DNA from: Neodothiora populina
Taxonomy: Eukaryota
Direction of reading: 5' to 3'
Assembly (NCBI RefSeq): GCF_041146345.1
Contig: NW_027191405.1
Coordinates: 806,001 to 870,000 of the forward strand
DNA length: 64,000 nucleotides
Under the pieces are notes generated by a model. The model saw nothing but the letters and a program-made list of their open reading frames with translations. It did no database searches and was not told the origin of the DNA. Numbering within the stretch: the stretch's first letter is position 1; every line of letters starts with the position of its first letter. A program made the position numbers and the translations under genes. Shown in pieces: positions 13,443 to 24,475 of this stretch.

Positions 13443-16400
13443 ATGTCCGTCCCACGTGACGTAAAGACGGGCAGGAGCCTCACATCGGAGGTGAAAGAGA
13501 TGAGCATGGATGATAATAAGGGGAGCACTCCGATACGAGAGTCGAGATCGGCCTCTGCGAAGGGAGAATCGCGATGGCCTTCTGATTTCTCCGGAGGCTC
13601 TCCATCACTCAACAAGATAAAGCGAGTCTCAGAATCGCCGGTGGGCAGTTCAAATGCTTCGGCATCGCCGGTCGTCAAACCTGACCCTGACGATGTCGAA
13701 ACAATCGGTGGAGAGATGACTGTCAAAGTTGAGCCTGGCAAGGCGCCGAAGCTGTCACGCAAAATGTCACAAAAGGTTATTGCAAAACCGCCGACTACAT
13801 GGATGCACCTTGAAGATGCGACAGAAGAGGCCAAATCCGCATTTGAAATTTTGGAAGATTGCCATTATTCGTCCAAGTCGATTGGCAGCACCGAACAGGC
13901 GCTGGAGTGCGACTGCGCTGAGGAGTGGGGTATGTGGCGACCCGCTGTCCCTCTACTTTTATTGATTCACATATCATACTGTTTGAGCACTGCTAACTCT
14001 CTGTAATCAGACTCGAAAACAAGAATCAACCATGCCTGTGGCGAGGACTCCGACTGTATCAATCGTGCCACGAAGATGGAGTGCTCCGGAGATTGCGGTT
14101 GCGGAGCCGACTGTCAAAATCAGCGCTTCCAACAAAAGCGCTTCGCCGACGTTTCGGTCATAAAGACTGAGAAAAAGGGCTTCGGTCTACGCGCGAATAC
14201 TGACCTTAAAAGTAATGATTTTATTTTCGAATATATTGGTGAGGTCATTCCTGAGCCGGTTTTCCGCCGGCGTATGCATCAATATGACCAGGAAGGTATT
14301 AAGCATTTCTATTTCATGTCCCTCACGAAAAGTGAATTTGTGGACGCAACCAAAAAAGGAAACCTCGGCCGATTCTGCAATCATTCCTGCAATCCAAACT
14401 GCTTCGTGGACAAATGGGTGGTAGGAGACAAGCTTCGCATGGGCATCTTCGCCGAGCGTGATATCGCGTGCGGAGAAGAGCTCGTCTTCAATTACAACGT
14501 CGATCGCTATGGAGCAGACCCGCAACCCTGCTATTGCAACGAACCGAATTGCTCAGGGTTCATTGGAGGCAAGACCCAGACAAACGACGTCGGCGCAACA
14601 CAATTATCGAACTCGGTTCAGGTCGCTCTTGGTCTTTACGACTTCGACGACTGGAGCGATGCCGTATCTCATAAACCCAAACGCAAGAAGAAGGTCTCGG
14701 AAGATGATGAAGAATATGTCGACAGTGTCGAGCTTAAGGAGCTCAACATGCACGATTGCGTTCCTCTTATGGCTGAGCTGTACAAGAACCAGGAGAAGTG
14801 GATCATCGTCAAATGTTTGGAGCGCATACAGAAATCCAATGATTCCCGAATCATAAACCGCGTGGCCGCGGTGCATGGTTATAGGATCATGAACAGGATC
14901 TTGAAGCAGTGGGGTGAAGATGTCAATATCGTACTGCAAGTCTTCGACGTTATTCGCAAGATTCCCAGCACCACCAAGAACAAGATCCAAGATGCCAAGA
15001 TTGAAGAGACCATTCAAAAACTTACCACAAGCGAAGACGGTCGCGTCAAATCACAAGCTGTCGAGTTGCTCGAAACTTGGAGCAAACTCGAGGTTGCCTA
15101 TCGTATTCCAAGAGTCAAGCGCGATCGGAACGCAGCACCTGTCGAGAAGCGGCTGGATCGACCGGAACGACGAGAAAGGGATCGCTCTCGATCAAGGTCT
15201 AAATCACGGTCGAAGTCCAACGAGCCACCAAAAGCACCGTCAGGGCCGCGCAACAACGTCCCACAGAGATCCCATCGCGCTGGACCTCGACCTCCCTTCC
15301 GACCAAGACCATCGCATGGACCCCTCCCGGCTGGATGGTTTGAAGCGCCTGCGCAAAACGGCTCTAGTTATTTCTACAACGCAAGCGGTGCTACTACATG
15401 GCAACGCCCAACACAGCCAGCCCTCGCGGCACCTCCACCTCCACCACCCAAAGCTGTGGCCAACAATTTGGAGTTGCAAAATCTCATCGACGCTATTGTG
15501 GCTAAAGCTAAACCAACCAATGCGACTGCGGCATCGTCAGAAGCCGCGACGCCGAAGGAGACGCCCAAGAGTGAGACCAAAACCGAGGCTTGGCGATCTT
15601 GGACAATAGAGAAGCAGAAGAGGGTGTACGAGAACACGGTGAGTCGACCACTCAATCTCTGACTGAGAGCCCATGCTGACGTGAATCTAAGATGTTTCCA
15701 ATAATCAAGAAAGCCATGGACGAATTCAGGAGCAAACTCGACAAGAACGACCTGAAGCGTTTTGGAAAAGAGGTATGCGTTCATGAAATACTTCACGTCA
15801 TCCCTTTAGATGCTAACCGATCGACTTAGATTGCGAAAAAGCTTGTCGAGTCTGACTTTAAGAATGGCCGAGTCAGTGATCCCATGCACATGGAATCGAA
15901 GCAAAGAAAGAAGGTCGCGCAACACGTCAGGGAATACTTCCAGAAGGCCGCAGACAAAAAGAAGGAGCGAGACAAGCGCAAGGCAGGGCAACCAGATCAA
16001 GCGCAAGGCAGCACAACACCAGCAGATTCTCCTCCTGCAAAAGATGATGATCCCATGGACGTCTCGACAAATAACCCAGAGAACAACACGCCTTTGGACA
16101 CCAAGACCGAGGAGATACTCACTCCTTCAACGCTCAAGCGCCGATTCGAGGAGCAGGAGCACGACATCAATGGAGCGGTAGATGCGGATGATGAAAGGAG
16201 TAAGAAGCAACGAACAGAACAGATGCAACAGCAGCCGCCTCCGCCGCCACCTCCTCCACCACCTCCAGCAGAGGATACGCAATCTCAAAGCTATAGTCCA
16301 GGCGAGGATCCCTCGAGCGGACCGACGAGTGCAGCCAGCAAAGAGGACGGACCCAGGTTTTCGGTTAAGGGCATAGCAAGCGCTTCTCTCAAAGCCGAGC

Positions 16401-16528
16401 AGAGTCCTACTCAGATCGCTACTCCACCCACTACCGGAAGCCCCGATGGCAGCGAAGGCGACAAGCAAAGGGCGGAGTACACAGGCATGAACTCGGAAAG
16501 AATGCGGCATATTGAGGGAAGGGGCTGA
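13443..16528 (+). CDS. SET2: Histone H3K36 methyltransferase Set2 (AWS-SET-postSET, WW, SRI); introns 13930-14010, 15639-15691, 15773-15829
   Basis: ECDC..CGEDSDCINR..CQNQRFQ, KGFGLRA, FEYIGEVI, RFCNHSCNPNC, EELVFNY, CYCNEPNCSG; WW domain (LPAGW..YFYN..TTWQRP); SRI-like C-terminal helices. Confidence 0.97.
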
Positions 16529-16899
16529 TTACGACTACCATTATAATATAGCTGGAGTTCTGGGCAAGAGGTAGGATAGGGGGGATGTTCAAGGGCGAGC
16601 AGGAAAGCCTTGTCTGAATGACCGAGGCTATCCTGTCAAATCATACAAAAGCAGGCGCAATCAGTTGTTGTGAGGATTGGACTTCGGGGCTTTTCAAGGG
16701 CGGCAAAAGGTGATTGTGTTTTACCCCACCCTGACCGATGTGCAGCGCACATAATGCTGCGCACTCTAGGATTTCTCGATGCCTAAATTTTACTGGCGCA
16801 AACATGGGTTTTGATAAAAATGTGATCAAATAATATGAATTAGAGCAAGCAGAAATGTCAAGTCTATCCAATGGATGAAATCAAAACAAAGTGATGTGA

Positions 16900-17335
16900 T
16901 ACGATAACTTATCTGAACCGGGAGGTACTGATTATTCGGACAAGTGAATAGCCTTGCCACAGTGAGGTTCTCGATACTGACCGACGGCACTCTATAATAC
17001 GGTAGTTATGTGATGTCAAAGATACTACTGTAGCGTTGTATGGCAAGGGTACGGTTGGTTACGAATTGTAATCAGATGGCGTCGCTTGCGCCTACCTCAT
17101 GCAGTGGTTCTGCCCGGGCCGGTGTTAAGATAATCTTCGAAGCTAGCCAGATAAGAGCTCCTACCGTCAGGGTCCAAGTGATAACGGCAAAGGTGGAAGG
17201 AGCAGATTATTAACATTTTTATGTCTATCGCACCCTTTGGACTGCGAAATGCGAGGAACGGACCCTCGTGTCTAGTGAAGCATGTCCTGACACCGCCAAA
17301 GGGTCCCCTGTAGTTTCAAGAGGGATGATAAGTGA
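16900..17335. promoter_or_regulatory. Cluster of GATA (HGATAR) sites upstream of the GABA transaminase gene; probable AreA/Nit2 nitrogen regulation
   Basis: GATAACTTATC (16903-16913), GATAAT 17129, GATAAG 17150, GATAAC 17180, GATAAG 17327. GABA catabolic genes are known targets of GATA nitrogen regulators. Confidence 0.5.
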
Positions 17336-17558
17336 CTTGTTATGCAACACATAAGGAAGCTCACTTCCGTTGTCGTCTCTTCGTCAACACACAAACCCTT
17401 CCCCGCACTCCAGCTCGCCGATGCCGTCCATTGTCCATTATTATACACGGTATACTTATTAACGACTCCAGAAGACTCAGAGGCCAGTAACCATTTCATT
17501 ACTTGACTTTGGCTGCTCTTTCACTTTAAATTCACGCAGTAGTCGGTCTCCTCACAAA

Positions 17559-19118
17559 ATGGCTTCTATTCTTCGCAACTCGCTCCGATTGACTGCTCCT
17601 TCCCTGCGTCAAACTGTCAGGCCATCTTTCAGAGTAGCTTCTCGAGCAATGGCATCGCAAACCACCACAAAGCAGGCTGCTGCTGCTGCTGCAGCTGCAG
17701 CTCCTGTAGCTCAGCAATTCGAGCAATCTCTGTTCCCAGACGAGCCCACGGGACCTGTTCTCCGTACCGCAATTCCTGGTCCCAAGACCAAGGAGGCAAT
17801 TGCCAGACTGGACAAGGTCTTCGATACGAGGAGCTTAAACATGATGGCAAACTACAACGACAGCTTCGGCAACTACATTGCTGACCTGGATGGAAACGTC
17901 CTTCTCGACGTCTACGCCCAGATTGCCTCCATTCCTGTTGGCTACTCTAACCCTGCTCTGCTGGCTGCTGCCACCTCTCCCGAGATGGCCTGCGCCATCA
18001 TCAACAGACCCGCCCTGGGCAACTTCCCTTCTCACGATTGGGCTGAGATCCTCGAGACCGGTATCCTCAAGGTTGCACCCAAGGGTCTTGACCAGGTCTT
18101 CACTGGTCAATCCGGCTCTGACGCCAACGAGCTCGCCTACAAGGCCGCTTTCATGTGGAAGAGACAGCAAGAGCGTGGTAGCCCCGACGCCGAGTTCACC
18201 AGCGAGGAGATTGAGTCATCCATGAACAACCAGGCCCCTGGTGCCCCAGCTCTTTCCATCATGTCCTTCAAGTCTGGCTTCCACGGCCGTCTTTTCGGAT
18301 CCCTGTCCACCACTCGCTCCAAGCCTATTCATAAGCTCGACATTCCCGCCTTTGACTGGCCTCAGGCTCCCTTCCCCATGCTCAAGTACCCTCTCGAGCA
18401 GCACGTCGAGGAGAATGCTGCCGAGGAGGCCCGCTGCCTCGCCGAAGCTGAGCGTCTCATGACCACCTGGCACCTTCCTCCAGCCGCCATCATCATCGAG
18501 CCTGTCCAGTCCGAGGGTGGCGACAACCACGCTTCACCAGAATTCTTCCGCGGTCTGCGTGCCTTGACCCGCAAGCACAACATCCTCATGATCGTCGACG
18601 AGGTGCAGACCGGCGTTGGCGCCACCGGCAAGTTCTGGGCGCACGACCACTGGAACCTCCAGGACCCCCCTGACATGGTCACGTTCTCCAAGAAGGCCCA
18701 GACCGCAGGCTACTACTATGGCGACAAGGCTCTGCGACCGAACAAGCCCTACCGTCAATTCAACACATGGATGGGAGACCCAGCTCGCGCTATCCTCTTC
18801 CGCGCCATCATCAACGAGATCGAGCGTCTCAACCTCGTGCAGAGTACCGCTGAAGTTGGTGACTACCTCTACTCGGCCCTCGAGAAGCTCGCCACAAAGT
18901 ACCCCAAGGAGATCCTGAACCTGCGCGGCAAGGGCCAGGGAACTTTCATTGCCTGGGACTCGCCCCGCAGAGAGGAGGTCCTGGCCAAGGCCAAGACCGT
19001 CGGCATCAACGTCGGTGGTTCTGGTGCTCAGGCTATCAGACTCAGACCCATGTTGATCTTCCAGAAGAAGCACGCTGACATCTTCCTCGAGGCTCTGGAG
19101 AAGATTCTCAAGTCGTAG
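17559..19118 (+). CDS. gatA: 4-aminobutyrate aminotransferase (GABA transaminase) with mitochondrial-type presequence; intronless
   Basis: LDVYAQIASIPVGY, SGSDANELAYKAAF, FHGRLFGSLS, EPVQSEGGD, DEVQTGVGATG, PLP-binding Lys in TFSKK; Arg/Ser-rich N-terminus lacking acidic residues. Confidence 0.97.
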   Translation: MASILRNSLRLTAPSLRQTVRPSFRVASRAMASQTTTKQAAAAAAAAAPVAQQFEQSLFPDEPTGPVLRTAIPGPKTKEAIARLDKVFDTRSLNMMANYNDSFGNYIADLDGNVLLDVYAQIASIPVGYSNPALLAAATSPEMACAIINRPALGNFPSHDWAEILETGILKVAPKGLDQVFTGQSGSDANELAYKAAFMWKRQQERGSPDAEFTSEEIESSMNNQAPGAPALSIMSFKSGFHGRLFGSLSTTRSKPIHKLDIPAFDWPQAPFPMLKYPLEQHVEENAAEEARCLAEAERLMTTWHLPPAAIIIEPVQSEGGDNHASPEFFRGLRALTRKHNILMIVDEVQTGVGATGKFWAHDHWNLQDPPDMVTFSKKAQTAGYYYGDKALRPNKPYRQFNTWMGDPARAILFRAIINEIERLNLVQSTAEVGDYLYSALEKLATKYPKEILNLRGKGQGTFIAWDSPRREEVLAKAKTVGINVGGSGAQAIRLRPMLIFQKKHADIFLEALEKILKS

Positions 19119-19834
19119 ATTCTTGTCTCGACGACGATGATGATGATTAACGTACGACGGTTGCGGCGGTCATGGTGGTGATGTGGCTACACAGATTGAT
19201 GGATGGCTTGTCGTCTCTTGTGACTGACGTAAGGAGGACTTCGTTGCTTTTCAGTTCTGTTTTATTTATGGTTTCGGGCGCTGGATCATGGGGCGAGAGA
19301 AATCCCCCTAGGCGTTTTGCTTTCTTTTTCTTCTCATCTATCAAGAACAAAATCCTGGTTTCTATATACCCTCGAATCAAAGACGAATCCTTTCCAAACA
19401 GTTTCTTACTTATATCACTTTGTTCTCTTCTTATATTGATAGACAAGCTATACTTTTGTGTATACGTAGATATAAAAATACGCCAAGGTAAAAGTACTGG
19501 GAGGGAAGGTACTGTAATGGTAATTTGGGGGGGGGTATCATTTTCATTTCATGTTCGTGTTATTTGGTGCTAGAGCATTATGATGCTCTTGCTGGGTCGT
19601 GGGTGTGATTTTTCGCGTTTCCCTTTCGGCCATTCTGGGATCCTGCTGCAATCTCTGTCCTGGTCTTTCCGTTCGCTCGAGCGAGGGAAAAAGAGTGAGT
19701 GTGAGCTGGTGACCCATCTCTGAACCCATTCTTTTATTCGTCCGAAACACTGCCTCTGGTCTATCTAGTATGCCACCGCTCAATCCATTGTCTTCAGATC
19801 TGCGTCGCAAAGAGTTCTTGACCTATCTTCATAT

Positions 19835-21445
19835 TCAGCGCCTCTTGACTCCAGGCGTGATGGGCGTCCAGGCTCTGCTCTTCTGCTTCTGCTTTTCGCC
19901 TGACGAAAAAGTATCCCCGAACAAGGACGGCGATGACGATGCATGGGGACCGGGCGTGGCAGAAGAAGAGGATCCTCCGAGACTGGCTGCTAGCATCCTA
20001 GCTGCTGGCGTCAGGTTGCCGCCGGGAACATGTCGTTTACTGCCACCGTTGACGACTGGACAAGTGGTGAATTTGGGCGTCGGCGTGCGTCCAGATGCAG
20101 AAGTCAGCGCTGTGGCGTTCCCTGCTCTGAGGGCAGCGAGTCGATCTTTCGCGTTCGTCGTCGCGCTATTGCTGAGATGTGCCGAGGGTTTCCTGCGCGC
20201 GAGATTCTGTTTGTCGACGATGCGATGGTGCAGTTCTTCGCGCTTGCTGGCGGATTGCAGATTGAAGCCGCCTTTTCCGGGAGAGCTTGAGGAGTCGAGC
20301 TTGGGCATTAGCGCCATAGCTGCTTCGCGCTCTTGTCTGTCGGCTTCTTCTTCTGAGATGGGGACTCCCGAGGCAGAGAAGTCGTCGGCGTCGTCCTCGT
20401 CGACGAATGTGTAGCCTGCTACTCGGGGCGTTTCGCCACCGCCACCGTAGTCGCTTGCGCCGGCGTCGGTGCTGCTGGGCCGGGGCCGTCCGGCTATGGC
20501 TGCGTCGATGGCGGAGAGAGGTGGTGAGGAGGGGGCGGGGATGTCGTCGACGTTGGTGGTGGGCAGACGGGTCGCTGCATATGAGACTGATTTGGGAGGT
20601 GCGAGAGAACGGTCGGCGGCGGCTTGAGCGACGGTTGTGTGCGTGTCTTCTACGCTGTCTGGCTGGTACATGAGCGAGTTCCGGGCGCCCTGTCTTGGTT
20701 TGAAACTCTCGATCTGAACTGGTCGATCGTCGAGGTCTTGTGAGGGCCGTAGCACCATTGCTGTACTGCTGCTTGGCTGGCTACCGTCTTGACTCGTTGC
20801 GGGAGGAGGTGCAAGCATCTTTTGCTGTTGCTGCTGGTTGCGCCACTCGAGGTTCCGTCTGGCGACCGGGACGTCATGCAAGAAAGCATACTTCTCCGCG
20901 CGCTTGACGTTCTGCTTGTCCAGTAGTTTATAGAAAGATTCGTTGTCCTCGGACGTGTATTTGGCCTGGAAGGCAGAGATGGACAGTGAGGCATCCACTT
21001 TTGGCTGCCTTGGTTCAACCCCAGAGACAGAGGTCGGCGTTTCAGACACGGCGGTTCGTCCCCGGGGAGTCTCTCCCGCCCAACCACGCGGTGTATTGCT
21101 CGTGAGTCGTGTTTGTGACTGTCGCGGTGTCTGGGCCAGGCTCGTGCCTCTTCGACCTCTGCCGCCCGGCCCGGGTGTCATTGCCTGATGCAGCCTTCGT
21201 CCCGCATCTCGAATCCACTCGTTGTTCTGTGAGTCCAGCGCTTCCAGATATTCTTGCTGTGCTTGTGTTTCCAGTAGTCCAGGGAAGAAGTCGCGCGCGA
21301 TGATGTGAGAGAGGGCATCGGTGTATACATCTTCATCGAGGACCTGAGTGGGTCGCTTGATGCGCTTCGGCAGGGGAGGCGGAGGCATCAGCGCTGTCTC
21401 CGAGTTGCGCTTGGCCAGCGCCGTGGACGGTTGTGGAGTGGCCAT
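19835..21445 (-). CDS. ESS2: Nuclear/splicing protein Es2 (DGCR14/Ess2/Bis1 family)
   Basis: VLDEDVYTDALSHIIARDFFPGL, FQAKYTSEDNESF, ETPRVAGYTFV, LTPAARML motifs. Confidence 0.88.
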   Translation of the reverse strand: MATPQPSTALAKRNSETALMPPPPLPKRIKRPTQVLDEDVYTDALSHIIARDFFPGLLETQAQQEYLEALDSQNNEWIRDAGRRLHQAMTPGPGGRGRRGTSLAQTPRQSQTRLTSNTPRGWAGETPRGRTAVSETPTSVSGVEPRQPKVDASLSISAFQAKYTSEDNESFYKLLDKQNVKRAEKYAFLHDVPVARRNLEWRNQQQQQKMLAPPPATSQDGSQPSSSTAMVLRPSQDLDDRPVQIESFKPRQGARNSLMYQPDSVEDTHTTVAQAAADRSLAPPKSVSYAATRLPTTNVDDIPAPSSPPLSAIDAAIAGRPRPSSTDAGASDYGGGGETPRVAGYTFVDEDDADDFSASGVPISEEEADRQEREAAMALMPKLDSSSSPGKGGFNLQSASKREELHHRIVDKQNLARRKPSAHLSNSATTNAKDRLAALRAGNATALTSASGRTPTPKFTTCPVVNGGSKRHVPGGNLTPAARMLAASLGGSSSSATPGPHASSSPSLFGDTFSSGEKQKQKSRAWTPITPGVKRR

Positions 21446-21524
21446 CTTCGTTTCTTTCTCTCTTCCGATGACTGGGAAGAGGCAGCTTGTGATCAGCGAA
21501 GATGATCGTCCATAGGATGGTTAG

Positions 21525-21570
21525 ATGTAATGATAATGTGATGATAATGTAATGATAATGTAATGATAGA
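21525..21570. repeat. Short tandem repeat (TGTAATGATAA-like, ~4 copies) in the 285-bp Es2/Pop8 divergent intergenic region
   Basis: gatgtaatgataatgtgatgataatgtaatgataatgtaatgata. Confidence 0.8.
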
Positions 21571-21730
21571 AGTAAAGACAAAGGAAGTTGATCGTCTGGT
21601 GTTAATCGATAAGGGATCCAGATAACCACAATCTAATCGCTTGGCAGATGCTTGACATTGACATATAACATTTCAGATCAAACGAACATTACAACTTGAC
21701 TACCAACCACATCAAAACGATACAACGATC

Positions 21731-22210
21731 ATGTCGAGGGACAGCGATCCAGGAGCTGGCAAAGCCGCCGACGACGACGTGACCATGACCGATGCCGAAA
21801 TGGATCCGTCATCAAGCAATCAAGCAAAGCGCAAGAAGAAAGCCACCAAGCAATCTAGTCTCACTCAGTGCACTATACGAAACCCGGCATGGGCATACAT
21901 TCACATGACACTGGTCGGCACTTCAGATGCAGCGACAGGCTCAGTGCTCGACGCATTGACCGCTCAGATTCAATTACAGGCTGCATTGTCCTCTTTTCTC
22001 GGTTTGCACGGCACTGCCATCCCTTTTGATTTCCTCAAAATCGAGCGTCGGCAGCTGTGGTTGCGGGTGCCTCGTGAAGACGTGAGTGCTGTCGTCGCCG
22101 CTGTGGGTGGTTGGGTCGGCAAGTCTGGTGAGGGGTGGAGAGTCAACAACTGGTCGTGCTGGGGCCCTGATGTTGGCAAGAACGCCGGTCTGGACCTCTA
22201 CGACCGATGA
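21731..22210 (+). CDS. POP8: RNase P/MRP subunit Pop8-like protein
   Basis: ALSSFLGLHGTAIPFDFLK...LWLRVPREDVSAVVAAVGGW resembles fungal Pop8 homologues; 159 aa. Confidence 0.72.
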   Translation: MSRDSDPGAGKAADDDVTMTDAEMDPSSSNQAKRKKKATKQSSLTQCTIRNPAWAYIHMTLVGTSDAATGSVLDALTAQIQLQAALSSFLGLHGTAIPFDFLKIERRQLWLRVPREDVSAVVAAVGGWVGKSGEGWRVNNWSCWGPDVGKNAGLDLYDR

Positions 22211-22521
22211 TTTACGCTGGTAACCGAAGTTTAATGACGACCATTTGCTGAGTCGCAATCCTTCGCTATCTGGACCATTTGCGGACAGTCATGGCACGAT
22301 GAGATTGCGCTCTGCATACACTCAAACATATGGCACGTCCATTACTACGAAGTGTGGTATTGCAGTCACGCCATCTACACGTTTGAATCCTTCAACATAT
22401 CACTCCAGTTGGGAAGGACCATACACAACAGACACAAGCAACAAGCTCGTCCTTTCAATGGCATATTGAACCTATCTAACCCCCTATTCCGCTGCTTCTG
22501 TGCTGGGTCATAACCGCACGC

Positions 22522-23226
22522 TCAAGCATAGTTGGCGGTAGCTGTGGCCACAGCGTCAGCCGTCATGGAGACGTCCTTGACCGTAACAGTGGTTCCGACG
22601 TGGCTGGTCGCCCTGATCCAAGCAGTGCTGGCACCAACACCACTCGAGATCTCGAAGAAGTTGTAGTCCTTTCTCTCGGTGCTCTTCCACGTCTTTCCCT
22701 GATCGGTGGAAACCTCGAGCTTTGCGGTGCGACGCTTGGCACCCACGACCTGAGCACTGAACCAGTACTGGGACACGCCGGTCTTCATGTGAATTTGAAG
22801 GGGTGCTTCGATGCTCGCGCAGGGGACGTAATCCCAGTTGACATCGATGACGCCCTTGCTCTTGTCGGCGAACTCGGCGAAAGCATCAGGGAACAAATCG
22901 AGATGGTTCTCGCCGCAGCCGGGGCACTCGTCGACGATCATGGCGGTGATGGTCTTGCCACCATAAGTGACGGCGACACAGCCACCGCAGTTGCCAGAGT
23001 TGTCCCAGTTGGAGCTGGACAGGGCGGTGCCGTACAAGCCCGAGGGGATGGTGTAGGTGCTGAAGGAGCAAGCGCCTCCCTGAGTGTTGCCGCCGTAGAA
23101 GGTAGCCTCTCCAGCAAGAGAGCGACGGACGGTGGCCCGGCTGTCAAGGGACATCTCAGGTGTCACGGCAGCGAAGGCAGCGGTAGCAAGGCCGGCTAGC
23201 GCGGCAATGGCACGGAAGGAAGGCAT
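22522..23226 (-). CDS. Secreted expansin-like protein (DPBB plus CBM63-like domain)
   Basis: Signal peptide; GEATFYGG..GGACSF, CGGCV, IVDECPGC..NHLDLF, WDYVPC, SQYWFSAQV, RKDYNFF. Confidence 0.9.
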   Translation of the reverse strand: MPSFRAIAALAGLATAAFAAVTPEMSLDSRATVRRSLAGEATFYGGNTQGGACSFSTYTIPSGLYGTALSSSNWDNSGNCGGCVAVTYGGKTITAMIVDECPGCGENHLDLFPDAFAEFADKSKGVIDVNWDYVPCASIEAPLQIHMKTGVSQYWFSAQVVGAKRRTAKLEVSTDQGKTWKSTERKDYNFFEISSGVGASTAWIRATSHVGTTVTVKDVSMTADAVATATANYA

Positions 23227-24475
23227 GTTTGTGTTTTCGATTGATCAACGAGTTGTGAAGACAGTGTGACAGACCAGCTGTGTTGAAGAGAAGTGAATTC
23301 AGTATATACGGACGGGGCGAAGAGAGTGACACCCGGAAGAATGATAGTACAGAGGAGTTGAACGATGAAAAGGTCGAAGAGAAGGGGCAAGGCAGGGAGC
23401 ATAGGGTTCCTTATAAATGGTCCCCAAAAAGCCAAATCATCTCTTGACATGGTGTTTGTCATCTAGCACGGCGCCACTATATGCACGCCATTTGGGTTCC
23501 ACGACTACTTGCTTGACATGGCACGGCCGGCAGAGGGTCGAGCCGTTCGAGAACAGCGATTTTGCGGGTCGAGTTTCATAAAGGGCCCCCCCCCCTCCCT
23601 TCTTTAGCGAGGTAGGCGCATCTTTCCTTTTATGACGACTATGAGGTTTGGTCGATGCTGGGGACAGTGCCCTCCCCTGTCCACGCTCATCTCGAGCGAC
23701 AAACACGACATGCACTTGTTCGACCCACTGATATGTACTTTCCCGTCATGAGTTGGTTGTCAGGATAAAGCTCTCTCATATATCGAGTACAAGCACAAGC
23801 ACAAGCATGATGATCAGATCAGAGTGCCTCGCTCGCTCGATGTGATCGCCTCGGCGGCCGGGAGATCTTTGACTGACCGTCTTGGCCCGGCTTGCAAGGG
23901 CGAGAGATGCGCATTATTAGATAGAAATCATGCAATATGGGAAGAGACCAGACCAGACCAGGGGGTCCCGGATGACCAGAGTGTTTTTTTGTTCCGGTCT
24001 AAATTGACTAGAGTCAAGTGTGCATCGATTGTTTCAGGATGTACTAGTAGTACTTGTACTGCAAACTGGTACTGTCCCTGACACAAGAAACTGTGGGGTG
24101 GGAATCGGGAGTCTTCTCTATATCCGAAGTGTGGCTCTACACTGCGCCACAGATCTGGTGTAATGCTGTATACTGTATACTGTATACTGAATACTGAACT
24201 GTTGTATGAGGGAGCTCACTGTTGTGTTGTACTTGTGTACTCTAACATCCTGAGGCGCGCAATCTTCATGTGAAAGCTGTACAATCTAAATAATAGATAT
24301 ATATTCGCAACTCCACCCTTTTGTCTCAACACAGTCATTGCGCTTCCATGGATCAATAAAGAATTGTCCGAAATTAACATCATCGTCACGCCACCACCAT
24401 GCTACAGCCATAGCAGCGCAGTGCGAGTCCGATAGAAAGAGCCTGGGAAGTATTCTCCACACCGCAGGCACCACG

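Noticed and set aside
17629..19073. Long antisense and alternative-frame ORFs over gatA (similar ones lie over the expansin, GLC3, ClpX, RCF2 and BTB genes)
   Set aside because: Expected by-product of strong GC3 codon bias; no recognisable protein motifs.
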